Under the pieces are notes generated by a model. That model was not told where the DNA came from. It did not search any database and saw nothing but the letters and a program-made list of their open reading frames with translations. Source: Candidatus Brockarchaeota archaeon (GTDB taxonomy: Archaea > Thermoproteota > EX4484-205 > JAAOZP01). From it: a stretch of DNA of 64,000 nt. Shown piece after piece: positions 54,988 through 64,000 of the stretch. The DNA lies in NCBI GenBank assembly GCA_017601395.1, contig JAFNIQ010000001.1, positions 16,542 through 80,541 of the forward strand. The letters run 5' to 3'. Each line of letters begins with the position of its first letter. Position 1 is the stretch's first letter. The position numbers and the translations under genes were made by a program.

Positions 54988-56257
54988 ACCTCAGTGCATC
55001 GACAGGTTTAAGTTTTGAGGCTTTCCAAGCAGGGTAGAGAGCGAACACCATGGTGACCGTCAGGCCGAAGACGAGGGCTCCAAGTATAACTGTTGGAGTT
55101 AGGACCGGTGTTATCGTGATGCCGTTTGATACTCCAGCCTGGTTTCCCTGCCGTATGATGCCCACTCTATCCGAGGAGCCGAATATCCTTAAAACAATTT
55201 GCGCTAAGCTCCATCCTGCACCGATCCCGATTAAAGTCCCTAGCAAACCTATTATGGCTGCCTCGCACAAGAATATCAGTAGCACCTGGTGGTTCTTCAT
55301 GCCTAAAGCCTTCAGTATGCCTATTTCCCTGGTTCGCTCCATTACAGATACGATCATAATGTTCATTATGCCTATTCCTGCTACAAGAAGCGAGATTGCC
55401 GCGATCCCCGCTAGGAAGAGCTCAACCGTTGAGAATACGCTTGAAATAATGTTTAAGATGGCTGTTGAAGAAGTGACTGATACACGGCCTCCTAAGGCTT
55501 CCTTTATGGCCTTCGCCGCACTGTCGATTGTAGCCCTATCGTCATTCCTCAACTTAACGATTATCATCTCGCAGGTTTCAGTTCCGAAGAAGCTTTGAGC
55601 CTTCGAAATCGGAATATATATCCTGTTGTCTGAGGGGCCACCGATGGTGAATCCCCCGATCTCACGGAGAACAGCCGCAACTCTACCTACATACGTTTCG
55701 TTTCTAAGTGGTCTTGCGGTCGTGTTGGTCCAAAGTATCTCTAACGTGTCGCCAGTCCTGCAGAGAATTGTTCCATTACCCCAAGGGTTGCTCACCTGCT
55801 TTCCTATTACGATAGCATCGTCTTCAGGGTTTAACGGGATTTCCCCCTCCTCGGCTGCGAACGCGCTGCTGTAAATCTCCCTGTAGGCGGCAAAATCGAC
55901 GCCGGTTACCGTTACTCGACGCGTCTGCCCGTTTGGCATTCTTATATAGCATATTCTTTGGATCACTGCTATTGAGGCAGTAACGTTGTCCATCTCTTTT
56001 ATTGTTTGAGCATCCTTAACCAGCAAGTTGAACTCGTTTACGCCACCCAAACCCCCGCCTGCGGTGACGATTAGAGTGTCTGTTGCAAAACCTCTCTGAA
56101 GCTGTGCGGATATTGCTACTTGAAGCCCCTGAGTTATTGAAAGCAGTGCCACTATTGCGGCTATTCCAATGACTACGCCTAGCGTCGTTAAACCTGCTCT
56201 GAGTTTACGCAGCTTTATCGCGCTGAAAGCATATGAAAACACGTCTATTATCCTCAT
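54980..56257 (-). CDS. ABC transporter permease, FtsX/MacB-type (N-terminal TM, periplasmic-type core domain, 3 C-terminal TM)
   Basis: N-terminal TM (LTTLGVVIGIAAIVALLSI), an extracytoplasmic domain of about 230 aa, and FtsX helices (…GIGIMNIMIVSVMERTREIGILKALG…). Confidence 0.75.
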   Translation of the reverse strand: MRIIDVFSYAFSAIKLRKLRAGLTTLGVVIGIAAIVALLSITQGLQVAISAQLQRGFATDTLIVTAGGGLGGVNEFNLLVKDAQTIKEMDNVTASIAVIQRICYIRMPNGQTRRVTVTGVDFAAYREIYSSAFAAEEGEIPLNPEDDAIVIGKQVSNPWGNGTILCRTGDTLEILWTNTTARPLRNETYVGRVAAVLREIGGFTIGGPSDNRIYIPISKAQSFFGTETCEMIIVKLRNDDRATIDSAAKAIKEALGGRVSVTSSTAILNIISSVFSTVELFLAGIAAISLLVAGIGIMNIMIVSVMERTREIGILKALGMKNHQVLLIFLCEAAIIGLLGTLIGIGAGWSLAQIVLRIFGSSDRVGIIRQGNQAGVSNGITITPVLTPTVILGALVFGLTVTMVFALYPAWKASKLKPVDALRYE

Positions 56258-56258
56258 T

Positions 56259-56945
56259 TCAATTCACCGTCTCCCTGACAATCATGCCGTCAAGCATGTA
56301 CACTATTCTCTTAGCTTCCGTAGCCAGCTGCTGATCATGGGTAACCATTATTATTGTTACACCCTTATCCTCGTTAAGCCTTTTTACGAGCCTTATTATT
56401 TCGTAAGCGTTTTTAGAATCTATGTTTCCAGTGGGTTCATCCATAAGCAAGAATCTCGGGTTGTTGGCTAGGGCTCTGGCAATCGCGACGCGTTGCTGCT
56501 CACCCCCGCTGAGCTCCGTCGGCTTATGATTCATCCTGCTTGCTAAACCAACCATTTGCAAGAGTTCCTCAGCCCGTTTTCTCCTCTCGCCCTTGCTTAA
56601 GCCGGCTATCGACATGGGTAGTTCAACGTTCTCCCTTGCTGTGAACCTTGGAATAAGGTTGAAGAATTGGAAGACAAACCCTATTTTCATCCTTAAATCC
56701 GCAAGCTGGTTATCGTTCAGGGCTGACACATCAATGTTTTCGATGAAAAGCTTTCCCCCCGTAGGCTTGTCTAAAGCTCCTATCAGGTTTAGAAGAGTCG
56801 ACTTTCCGCTTCCCGAGGGCCCTAGTACTGAGAGAAACTCGCCCTCCTTCACTTCAAGGTTTACTTCCCGAAGAGCCTCAACAGGAATCTTGCCCTGCAT
56901 GTAGGTTTTCCTAAGATCAACAGTTTTAATGATGGTCTTAGCCAT
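56259..56945 (-). CDS. ABC transporter ATP-binding protein (MacB/LolD-type)
   Basis: Walker [13 protein letters not shown], signature [15 protein letters not shown], Walker [11 protein letters not shown] 1-nt gap to the FtsX-type permease gene. Confidence 0.85.
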   Translation of the reverse strand: MAKTIIKTVDLRKTYMQGKIPVEALREVNLEVKEGEFLSVLGPSGSGKSTLLNLIGALDKPTGGKLFIENIDVSALNDNQLADLRMKIGFVFQFFNLIPRFTARENVELPMSIAGLSKGERRKRAEELLQMVGLASRMNHKPTELSGGEQQRVAIARALANNPRFLLMDEPTGNIDSKNAYEIIRLVKRLNEDKGVTIIMVTHDQQLATEAKRIVYMLDGMIVRETVN

Positions 56946-56960
56946 TTCTCCAACACCATC

Positions 56961-57920
56961 CTACTTAGACAGGTATCTCCAGGAAAGCACTATTCCTATT
57001 GAAGAAAGCACGGTGGCGAAGAAACCTAGGTACATAAAGTCAGTGATAAGCTTAGAAACGTCTAAAGTCAGGATTGTCAACTGTCTTAAAGCGTCTGTCA
57101 GATAGCTAAGCGGGTTTACATAAGCCACTGCCTGCAACCAGTCCGGCATTAAAGTGATTGGTAATAAGGTGTTGCTTGCAAACATCAGCGGCATAGTGAT
57201 TAAGCTTATGAATTGCATTGGCCTCTCCAACTTAGTTGATCTTAAAGAGAATGCTAGGAAAACCGATGAAAGCCCTACGCTGAGTAGGAATATTGCAGCG
57301 TAAACCCCAAATATGTTAATCAGGGTGAAGCTTGGGCTCAACTGCAACCCTAGTACTGTTGCGAGAGTCAGGATTATCGTGGCCTGAAGCATCGCTCTTA
57401 AAGTCGCGTTAAGAACCTTCGAAAAGATTATGGCCCCGCGGGGCACAGGCGTGCTCAAAACTTTATCTAGGAACCCTAGACGCCTATCCCAAACTATAGA
57501 CATTCCGCTGAACATAGTCGTGGTCATAACTATCATTGAAATCATGCCGATGGACATGTAGCTGAAGTAATCCGTTACTCCGAAAACATTCCTCATAACG
57601 TTAGCACCAATATCTGAAACCGTCTGCTGGATTATCTGGGAAACCATTGTGCCGCTAACATATATCACTCCGTTAGCCGGAGGAATCACGTAGTTTCCCG
57701 GTATCGGAATTTTCTCCGGAACCTCTATGTTGCCCAGGTTGCTTGCTGAGAACATTGCACCCAGGTTCATCGACTTCCCTAGAAGCCCCATCCAGATTAA
57801 AGGCTGGATTACGAGCATTAGAAGCATTATGGGGTCGTTTAACCATTTTTTAAGCTCCCTGACCGTTAAAGCCCACAGGCCACGGAGAAGGCTCGGATGA
57901 TACTCGTTCACTCTGCTCAT
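56961..57920 (-). CDS. ABC-2 type transporter permease
   Basis: Six TM helices. A 4-nt overlap with the upstream ATPase gene. Confidence 0.65.
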   Translation of the reverse strand: MSRVNEYHPSLLRGLWALTVRELKKWLNDPIMLLMLVIQPLIWMGLLGKSMNLGAMFSASNLGNIEVPEKIPIPGNYVIPPANGVIYVSGTMVSQIIQQTVSDIGANVMRNVFGVTDYFSYMSIGMISMIVMTTTMFSGMSIVWDRRLGFLDKVLSTPVPRGAIIFSKVLNATLRAMLQATIILTLATVLGLQLSPSFTLINIFGVYAAIFLLSVGLSSVFLAFSLRSTKLERPMQFISLITMPLMFASNTLLPITLMPDWLQAVAYVNPLSYLTDALRQLTILTLDVSKLITDFMYLGFFATVLSSIGIVLSWRYLSK

Positions 57921-58921
57921 CTTGCCCTCGCCCTCCTGATGGTAATCCTCTGGCTTCGAAAAGCCTCTTTAGACTCCTCCGTGTCTCGCATAGACCTGCC
58001 GGTGTATTCTAGGTAAACCTCGTTTAAAGTTGGTTCTGTAAGCGAAAGCCTGGTCACAGTATAGCCGTTCCTTCTGAGAGCCTCGATTATCAGAGGAGCA
58101 GTTTCCTCCCCCGACTCCACCTTAATCCTGTAGGAACCGTTTTCGTTTCTAACCTCCTTAACGTTTTCAACGCTCCGGATTATGCTACTGATGTCAACAT
58201 CCTCCTTTATGCTTATCGTTATGATGTCGCCGCCTAAACTATGCTTCAATTCTTCAGGGTCTCCAGTTACGATGATTTTCCCGTAGTCGATTATTGCTAT
58301 ACGGTCGCACAGGGTGTCAGCCTCCTCCAAGTAGTGCGTCGTCATGAAAATAGTCATGTCATATTCCTCTTTCAAACGTTTAATGTAGTTCCATGTTGCA
58401 GCCCTAGTTTGGACGTCTAAACCTAGCGTTGGCTCGTCTAGGAAAAGAACCCTCGGCCGGTTTATCAGGCCACTTGCAAGCTCGAGTCTTCGCCTCATCC
58501 CTCCGGAATAGGTTTCAACCTTCTTATCTTTGAAGCTGGTGAGTTCAACGAGCTCCAGCAGCTCAACAGCCCTCTTCTTCGAGACTTCTCGTGGAATGCC
58601 GTAGAGGTCTGCACATAGAATGATGTTCTCGTAGCCTGTTAAATCCTCGTCTGCCGTGTACTCTTGTGGAACAACGCCTATAACCTTCCTAACCTCGTTA
58701 GCCTGCTTCACAACGTCGTATCCTAGAATTGAGGCTGTACCTTCTGTCGGCCTTAAAACAGTTATCAGCATATTTATGGTGGTTGTCTTACCGGCGCCAT
58801 TAGGACCGAGGAAACCGAAGATTTCACCGTGTTTAACGCTGAAGCTCACATGGTCGACTGCAACCAGATTCTTGTTGAAAACCTTAGTAAGGCCTCTAGC
58901 AACTATGACTTCCTCAGACAC
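57917..58921 (-). CDS. ABC transporter ATP-binding protein (DrrA-like)
   Basis: Walker A GPNGAGKTTTIN, signature YSGGMRRRLELA, Walker B LFLDEPTLG. Confidence 0.85.
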   Translation of the reverse strand: MSEEVIVARGLTKVFNKNLVAVDHVSFSVKHGEIFGFLGPNGAGKTTTINMLITVLRPTEGTASILGYDVVKQANEVRKVIGVVPQEYTADEDLTGYENIILCADLYGIPREVSKKRAVELLELVELTSFKDKKVETYSGGMRRRLELASGLINRPRVLFLDEPTLGLDVQTRAATWNYIKRLKEEYDMTIFMTTHYLEEADTLCDRIAIIDYGKIIVTGDPEELKHSLGGDIITISIKEDVDISSIIRSVENVKEVRNENGSYRIKVESGEETAPLIIEALRRNGYTVTRLSLTEPTLNEVYLEYTGRSMRDTEESKEAFRSQRITIRRARAR

Positions 58922-58928
58922 TCTGAAT

Positions 58929-59465
58929 CTACCCCCTAATCCTCTTGTTTAACTCTTCTATTTTTCCTGCAGCTTCCTCAAGCACCCTGCCTACTTCTGC
59001 AAGATCCTCTTCAGTCGCCCTGCCTCTTGAAAGAATCATGAATTCCCTGAAGGCGGCGAAAAGACGTTTAATAGGATCATGAAGCCCCCCAAGTCTATCC
59101 TCTGGAAACCTGCCGACGAAAGGAGGCGGTGGAAGTAGGAGAGGGAAGGAAACCATTCTTTCGACAAGCCTTTCCCTTATCTTACCCTTCTCCTCAAGGA
59201 GTTTTCTACCCTTGTCAGTCAACTCGTAGCGTTTAACCCCTGTCTCATCCCTTGGAAGAGCCTTTATGAATCCTTTTTCATGCAGCCATGTGAGCAGGGG
59301 GTAGATTGAGCCTGGGCTCGGTCTCCAAGCCCCGTGGCTTTCCTCCTCAATCCTATCCATTATTTCAGAGCCGGACATGGGCTTCTCACTCAGCTTTTCT
59401 AGAACCAAGTATCTTAGAAGACCCTTTGGCGCGTAAGCCATGTGCCTCATCCAGTGCCTAAACAT
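58929..59465 (-). CDS. PadR-family transcriptional regulator
   Basis: Winged-HTH block …GSEIMDRIEEESHGAWRPSPGSIYPLLTWLHEKGFIKA… typical of PadR. It is the first gene of the 8-gene minus-strand operon. Confidence 0.75.
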   Translation of the reverse strand: MFRHWMRHMAYAPKGLLRYLVLEKLSEKPMSGSEIMDRIEEESHGAWRPSPGSIYPLLTWLHEKGFIKALPRDETGVKRYELTDKGRKLLEEKGKIRERLVERMVSFPLLLPPPPFVGRFPEDRLGGLHDPIKRLFAAFREFMILSRGRATEEDLAEVGRVLEEAAGKIEELNKRIRG

Positions 59466-59571
59466 GTCGCTGTCGATATCGATAACGATATATAAACTTT
59501 ACTGTTTTTTCCAAATTTCTTACGAGTAGGCTCACGCTAAAGATATAAACCCTTAAAAACAAATAGTCGCC

Positions 59572-60834
59572 ATGCTCGTTAAGATACCTTTCGGAAAGGG
59601 CTTTGAAGAGTGCGAGGTTGAGGATTCCAGGATCCATGCTTATCTCGAGCCGTCTTGGCCCACGCCTGGTAACCCTGATTTTTTCATTGAAAACGCTTTA
59701 TCAAATCCAATAGGGTCTAAAAGCCTTGATGAGCTCGCCGAGAAGGCGGGCAGAATACTAATTATTACTAGTGATAACACTAGGCCCGTTCCGAGTAAAA
59801 CTACTCTTCCAAGGCTTATCGCAAAAATGAAGAAGGCGTCACCACAGGCTTCTATACGGCTGCTGGTGGCTACCGGGCTACACGAATGGTCTCCCAGTGG
59901 AAGCGAGTTGAAAGAGAAGTTCGGTCAGGCGCTGGACTATTTAGATGAGTTTATTATTCACTCGGCTAAAAACATTGGTTCGCTGGTTAACCTTGGATCG
60001 TTGTCAACCGGCAACAGGCTTTACGTAAACACTCTTTTAAAAGAGGCTGACCTAGTGGTTTCCGAGGGATATATTGAGGGCCACTTTTTCGCAGGCTTCA
60101 CCGGGGGGCCGAAGAGTATTCTCCCCGGCGTTTCAGGGGTTGAGACTATAATGAACAATCACTCTCCGGGAAACATTGATCACCCGAACGCCAGGTGCGG
60201 TGTTGCTGAGGGAAACCCTATATACGAGGAGATGCTGGAGGCAGCAAACATGGCAAAACTCCGCTTCATTCTGAACGTCGTGTTAGACGGTAGGAAGCGG
60301 ATGCTTTCAGCCTTCGCAGGAGACCCGCTTGAAGCACATAGAAGTGGCCGTGTCTTCACTTTAAAATACTGTGGTGTGAAACCAGTCCCAGGCGATATAG
60401 TAATAACTTCAAACGGCGGTTATCCTTTAGACCGAAACCTCTACCAGCTTGTTAAAGGTATTTCAAACGGTGCCCTGACGGCTAGGGAGGACGGTGTAAT
60501 CGTGGCGTGCGGCGAATGCGTAGACGGGGTTGGGCACCAAGGGTTCTACGAGATGCTTGCCTCCTCAAGCAGCCCAGGCGAGTTTCTAAGGAGACTTAGG
60601 TCTGGAGAAATATGGAGGGAGGCACAATGGGAGGCCCAGGTTTTGGCGAGAGTCTTAGAGAAGTTTCGCGTGATAGTTGTCTCAAGAGGCGTGGATTCGA
60701 AAACAGTTGAATCCATGCATATGATGCATGCGAAAAGCCTGAAAGAGGGTTTGGAAATCGCTCTTAGCCTCAAGCCTCTGGGCAGGATAACTCTTCTCCC
60801 CGACGGCCCTTCTACAATACCTCTTCCGCAATAA
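59572..60834 (+). CDS. larA: LarA-like nickel-pincer-cofactor-dependent lactate racemase family protein (DUF2088)
   Basis: …EGHFFAGFTGGPKSILPG… (the Lys that tethers the cofactor) and …NNHSPGNIDHPNARCGVAEGNPIYEEM… (second catalytic His region). Length 420 aa. Confidence 0.7.
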   Translation: MLVKIPFGKGFEECEVEDSRIHAYLEPSWPTPGNPDFFIENALSNPIGSKSLDELAEKAGRILIITSDNTRPVPSKTTLPRLIAKMKKASPQASIRLLVATGLHEWSPSGSELKEKFGQALDYLDEFIIHSAKNIGSLVNLGSLSTGNRLYVNTLLKEADLVVSEGYIEGHFFAGFTGGPKSILPGVSGVETIMNNHSPGNIDHPNARCGVAEGNPIYEEMLEAANMAKLRFILNVVLDGRKRMLSAFAGDPLEAHRSGRVFTLKYCGVKPVPGDIVITSNGGYPLDRNLYQLVKGISNGALTAREDGVIVACGECVDGVGHQGFYEMLASSSSPGEFLRRLRSGEIWREAQWEAQVLARVLEKFRVIVVSRGVDSKTVESMHMMHAKSLKEGLEIALSLKPLGRITLLPDGPSTIPLPQ

Positions 60835-60875
60835 GCGGTTAGCAGCATACTGTCTATGCGGATTATCTGCCTACA

Positions 60876-61499
60876 TTACCATCTGGTGAATTCAACCGTC
60901 TTATCTCTCTTAGGCGGGATGCCGGATGTGTGCACAAGATACCGGATCTGAGAGGAAGCCTCAATCATACAGGTGACGTGGTAAGCCTCTTCCAAGAGCT
61001 TAGCCGCGGCGAATGTTCCGTGACCCCTCACCACAACCCCCTTATAGTGTTTAAGCGCCTCCGAAACCTTTTCCTCAAGCTCCTTGGAGCCGCTCACCTC
61101 TTTGACAACAAGCACAGGTATTTTTCTAAGCACGTAGTCTCCCTCGGCATCCATCGGAATTATCTCGTCAAAGATCAGTGAGCAGACTATCGAGTAGGGT
61201 GGGTGAGCATGTACAACGGCCAGTGCTGAAGTATTAAGATATACGGCCCTGTGAACCATGGTTTCAGAAGAGCTTAATAGTATTGAACTATCCTCCTCGA
61301 AAAGGTCTACTTCAACAACGTCCTCCGGCCCTATCTCGTCGGCAGCCGCGCCCCTCCTTTTAATATACATCTTATTGCCAACCCTAACGCTTATGTTTCC
61401 GCTATGGCTAACCATGTAGCCTTTATCGAAAAGCTTCTTGCCATACTTGCTTATCTCCTTCCAAACCTCGCTTACACCACTAGGGTTCAATCCTCTCAA
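60876..61499 (-). CDS. Class II aldolase/adducin-family protein (L-fuculose-/L-ribulose-5-phosphate aldolase/epimerase-like)
   Basis: The MVSHSGNISVRV N-terminal motif and a His-rich metal site (…VVHAHPPYS…). Length 207 aa. Confidence 0.75.
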   Translation of the reverse strand: MRGLNPSGVSEVWKEISKYGKKLFDKGYMVSHSGNISVRVGNKMYIKRRGAAADEIGPEDVVEVDLFEEDSSILLSSSETMVHRAVYLNTSALAVVHAHPPYSIVCSLIFDEIIPMDAEGDYVLRKIPVLVVKEVSGSKELEEKVSEALKHYKGVVVRGHGTFAAAKLLEEAYHVTCMIEASSQIRYLVHTSGIPPKRDKTVEFTRW

Positions 61500-62199
61500 T
61501 TTTCCTCCTCATTAAAAGTATTATTTAAAGACTCTGGGCGTTACTACGCAACTCTTTCCCCCATCTTGTTTCACAATAAACCTGCCTGAACTAGTCTTCT
61601 CCTTGATAAAGATGAGGAGTTCGCTATGCTGTGGCTGGGAGACTAGGGTTATCTGAAATCTTAAAGAGGCTTGATAGGCCTGAGGAAAAACTAGGTTAGG
61701 CGTGGGAGAATCAGAATAAGCTTTGGGAAGAGGTTAGGAGCATAAGGAGCGTGATGCGATACGTGAGAGCCGAGGTTAAGAGCTTCGGAAGAGCTGTTGT
61801 AAGGACTTTAGAGGACTATACAATGGCATTCGTGGAAATTATCTTGGAAGAAAGGGGTTATCCTAGGGAAAAAATAAGGGGGGAGAAAGATGTGGGGAAG
61901 TTACGACTTACGTAGAGAGTTAGGAGAAAGCAATAGATGAGATAGGGAAGGTGTCAAGGAGAATAAACCTTGTGCAGAGAATGTTTGGAAGAAAAGTAGA
62001 GCACGCCTTCCTTGCCGTGGGGAACGTCTCGAAGGATGCTCTAGAAAAGCTTGAGGAGGAAGCCGGAAGAAACGGAATTGAGCTCATCTTTGGAAGAACG
62101 ATTGGAACGCAAGAACAATCATAGGGTTCTCGACACAATACTTGAGCTTTCTGATTAGAATATCTTGATATTTTTGTAATGCTTTAGTAATCGATGTCT

Positions 62200-62604
62200 T
62201 CAAACATTTCTTTTAGAATATGCTTCGAGTAAGCGATATGTAAAAGACCAGAAAGAAGGAAGCAAGAAAAATGCCCATATTAGTGCAATCACATAAGGCA
62301 TAGGCCATACGAGTCGATCAGTAAAATAGAGGTACTGAGAATAAATCACCAGTAAAACGCATAGGAACATGAATAAGAAGGAAAATGACAATATGATTCT
62401 GTTTTTAAAGTTAAACTGTTCTATACATACTCCAAAGAAATACGCTATAGCGAAACTAAAAGCTGACCCAAAGAAAAGCAAGCTCGCAAATGTTTGATCC
62501 AAGAAATAAAGCATTATGGTTATTGCCAAGTATAGAAAAATAAATCCCATAGACAAAACCGATATTCTGAATTTTATTGAAAAATATTTATTTCTTCGCA
62601 TCAT
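62200..62604 (-). CDS. Hypothetical small membrane protein (4 TM) in an AT-rich patch
   Basis: ORF of 134 aa with four hydrophobic helices. The local GC is clearly below the window average. Confidence 0.35.
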   Translation of the reverse strand: MMRRNKYFSIKFRISVLSMGFIFLYLAITIMLYFLDQTFASLLFFGSAFSFAIAYFFGVCIEQFNFKNRIILSFSFLFMFLCVLLVIYSQYLYFTDRLVWPMPYVIALIWAFFLLPSFWSFTYRLLEAYSKRNV

Positions 62605-62811
62605 CTCACCCTCACTAATGGTTTCACGCTCCCCAACTCCTAGGGATATTGGACATAGCTAGTATTTATTTTTTCTATTATGAATATAAAATAATCGTAT
62701 ACGTTGCATGTGGAAACTCATCCATTTTTGAAAAGAAGCTATCACTTCGGCTTCCCAGAAGCAAGCTTGTTGCCTTTATAAACATTATCTTCGAGTTTAA
62801 TCCCCTCTGCT

Positions 62812-64000
62812 CTAACTATCCAGGCCCAATTTCTCAAGCGTTCTCTTGGCTGGGCGTCCCTCGTCATCCCATCCTCTAGCCCTATAGTATTCATCCAACA
62901 TTTGATCTAATTCAACAACCTGGCCCTTAGTCGGTCCGATGGCCAGTGGCTCGCTCAGCAACCTTTTCGGAAGAGTATCATCCTTCCTACCGAATCCTTC
63001 TCTCAGGTTGAAGAGTTTCTCGAGATTCCATATTCTCTCGCCTATGAGCATGAGGTCTTCAGCCGTATATTTTACGCCGGTTGCAGCTGAAAGCATCCTT
63101 GAGTAGTATTCTTCGTCAAGCCCGTATCCTGTGAACCTGCAGGCTACTAGCGTATCCATGGCTGCGTAAAGGTTCTGCTGGTATATTACTAGGCCGGCCT
63201 TGTTGACTGTTGAAAACCTGTCTATCCTCTTCGGAACCCCAAGTATTTCCAAGCCTATCATGTACGACCTTAGGTGGCAGCCTCCCCTGTTGCTTGTGGC
63301 ATATGCTAACCCCTGTCCCTTCGCCCCCCGGGGGTCGTAGGCGGGCAGCTCCAAGCCTTTAACATGCATAGCTGCATCTGGATCCCCGTATTTCTCAGCG
63401 AGCCTACGCGAGCCCTCTGCAAGATCGTTTCCGAAACCCTTCCTGTAAGCGGTTTTCTCAATCAGCTCCATGATTTTATCCCCATCGCCCCACTTTACTT
63501 CCTCAGGCGTCAAGCCTTTTTCGCTAAGCTCCATCGCGCAGGCTATCGTAACGCCTGTTGAAATAGTGTCCAACCCTAGGTCGTTGCACAAATTGTTTGC
63601 CCTCCAAATGGTCTCGAGGTCCCAAAGCAGGCAGCAGGAGCCCAGTGAGAAGACTGTCTCATACTCCGGCCCCTCGCCCTCAGCACTGTCTAGACGAGTC
63701 CTCCTGCCGCACGATATCCCGCATCCGAAGCATGCCTTAGGTTTAACCAGCAGCCTCCTGGTTATCTCCTCTCCAGCAATATTCCTTGCCTCAGGCATGA
63801 AAGTTGCTTGGAAGTTTTTAGCCGGCAGCACGCCAAGCTCGTTCATAAGGTTTACTAAAACAGCCGTCCCAAACCTGGGTAGGGCTTTACTCGTGATAGG
63901 GTTCTGGCCGAAAACCCTGTTGCATTCTCTGACTATGAAGAGAAAATTCTCCTTGTCAGCGATTTCAACTGTCTTACTTCCTTTTGCGACGATTGCTTTC
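62812..64000 (-). CDS. aor: Tungsten-containing aldehyde:ferredoxin oxidoreductase (AOR family), 5'-partial; the N-terminal domain continues beyond the window end
   Basis: Domain 2/3 blocks (…CFGCGISCGRRTRL…, …GLCHLRSYMIG…-like segments). The minus-strand reading frame stays open past the first Met to position 64000 (…KAIVAKGSKTVEIADKENFLFIVRECNRVFGQNPITSKALPRFGTAVLVNLMNELGVLPAKNF). Confidence 0.8.
   Translation of the reverse strand, partial: KAIVAKGSKTVEIADKENFLFIVRECNRVFGQNPITSKALPRFGTAVLVNLMNELGVLPAKNFQATFMPEARNIAGEEITRRLLVKPKACFGCGISCGRRTRLDSAEGEGPEYETVFSLGSCCLLWDLETIWRANNLCNDLGLDTISTGVTIACAMELSEKGLTPEEVKWGDGDKIMELIEKTAYRKGFGNDLAEGSRRLAEKYGDPDAAMHVKGLELPAYDPRGAKGQGLAYATSNRGGCHLRSYMIGLEILGVPKRIDRFSTVNKAGLVIYQQNLYAAMDTLVACRFTGYGLDEEYYSRMLSAATGVKYTAEDLMLIGERIWNLEKLFNLREGFGRKDDTLPKRLLSEPLAIGPTKGQVVELDQMLDEYYRARGWDDEGRPAKRTLEKLGLDS

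Noticed and set aside
60930-61181. 83-aa plus-strand ORF inside the class II aldolase gene. Similar ORFs lie at 61404..61589 and 61920..62138.
   Set aside because: The first is antisense to a well-supported gene. The other two lie in the decayed/AT-rich patch and have no motif support. They are treated as noise or as part of the remnant region described in the findings.
1-64000. Search for CRISPR arrays, tRNA/rRNA genes, transposases, integrases and inverted-repeat-bounded elements
   Set aside because: I found no regularly spaced direct repeats, no tRNA-like T-arm/acceptor patterns in the non-coding gaps, and no transposase or integrase-like translations. The only mobile-DNA-like signals are compositional, namely the AT-rich islands at 15.5-19.4 kb and 62.2-62.8 kb.

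Overview
This 64-kb window is a gene-dense chromosomal segment that looks archaeal. The evidence is a stand-alone GMP synthase subunit B (split guaA arrangement), a tungsten-type aldehyde:ferredoxin oxidoreductase next to a full MoaA/B/C/D/E pterin-cofactor gene set, BRE/TATA-like AT-rich boxes about 25-30 nt upstream of several starts, and many 1-8 nt gene overlaps. I cannot assign a genus. I saw no rRNA, tRNA, CRISPR array, transposase or integrase.

The gene content is dominated by four things:
- carbohydrate-active enzymes (GH2, GH4, a large GH106-like protein, a BNR/sialidase-like propeller, a YdjC deacetylase and NagA);
- molybdopterin/tungstopterin biosynthesis genes interleaved with three additional radical SAM genes;
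- five ABC exporter pairs, three of them in one PadR-headed operon that also encodes a rhomboid protease with a fused ectodomain;
- an EtfAB plus FAD-oxidase trio, and elsewhere a LarA-like lactate racemase.

Two loci look like candidate undescribed systems.

1. A low-GC island of about 3.7 kb (15.5-19.4 kb). It carries a radical SAM/SPASM maturase whose start overlaps by 1 nt the stop of a 51-codon Cys-containing ORF that is missing from the ORF track. An ABC ATPase and an ABC-2 permease follow with overlapping reading frames. This is a RiPP-like cassette of precursor, maturase and exporter.

2. An 8.7-kb, three-gene, same-strand block (32.9-41.6 kb) encoding only giant membrane proteins. A 1505-aa protein fuses a seemingly catalytically degenerate M28-peptidase-like ectodomain to an FtsX-like permease module. 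It is flanked by two paralogous polytopic membrane proteins (701 and 639 aa) that share an E-(K/R)-L-P-F-P motif. I could not assign either paralog to a family.

Smaller observations are listed as separate findings:
- a multiply frameshifted uroporphyrinogen-decarboxylase-family pseudogene with an intact paralogue 4 kb away;
- a truncated, frameshifted VOC-domain gene;
- a surface protein with three tandem Ig-like repeats and a poly-Pro cytoplasmic tail;
- a noncanonical Cx4Cx2C radical SAM motif;
- a MoaD-like protein ending in -GGG;
- an AT-rich patch with decayed ORF remnants.

All functional calls rest on motif and family recognition by eye from the translations. I ran no database searches.
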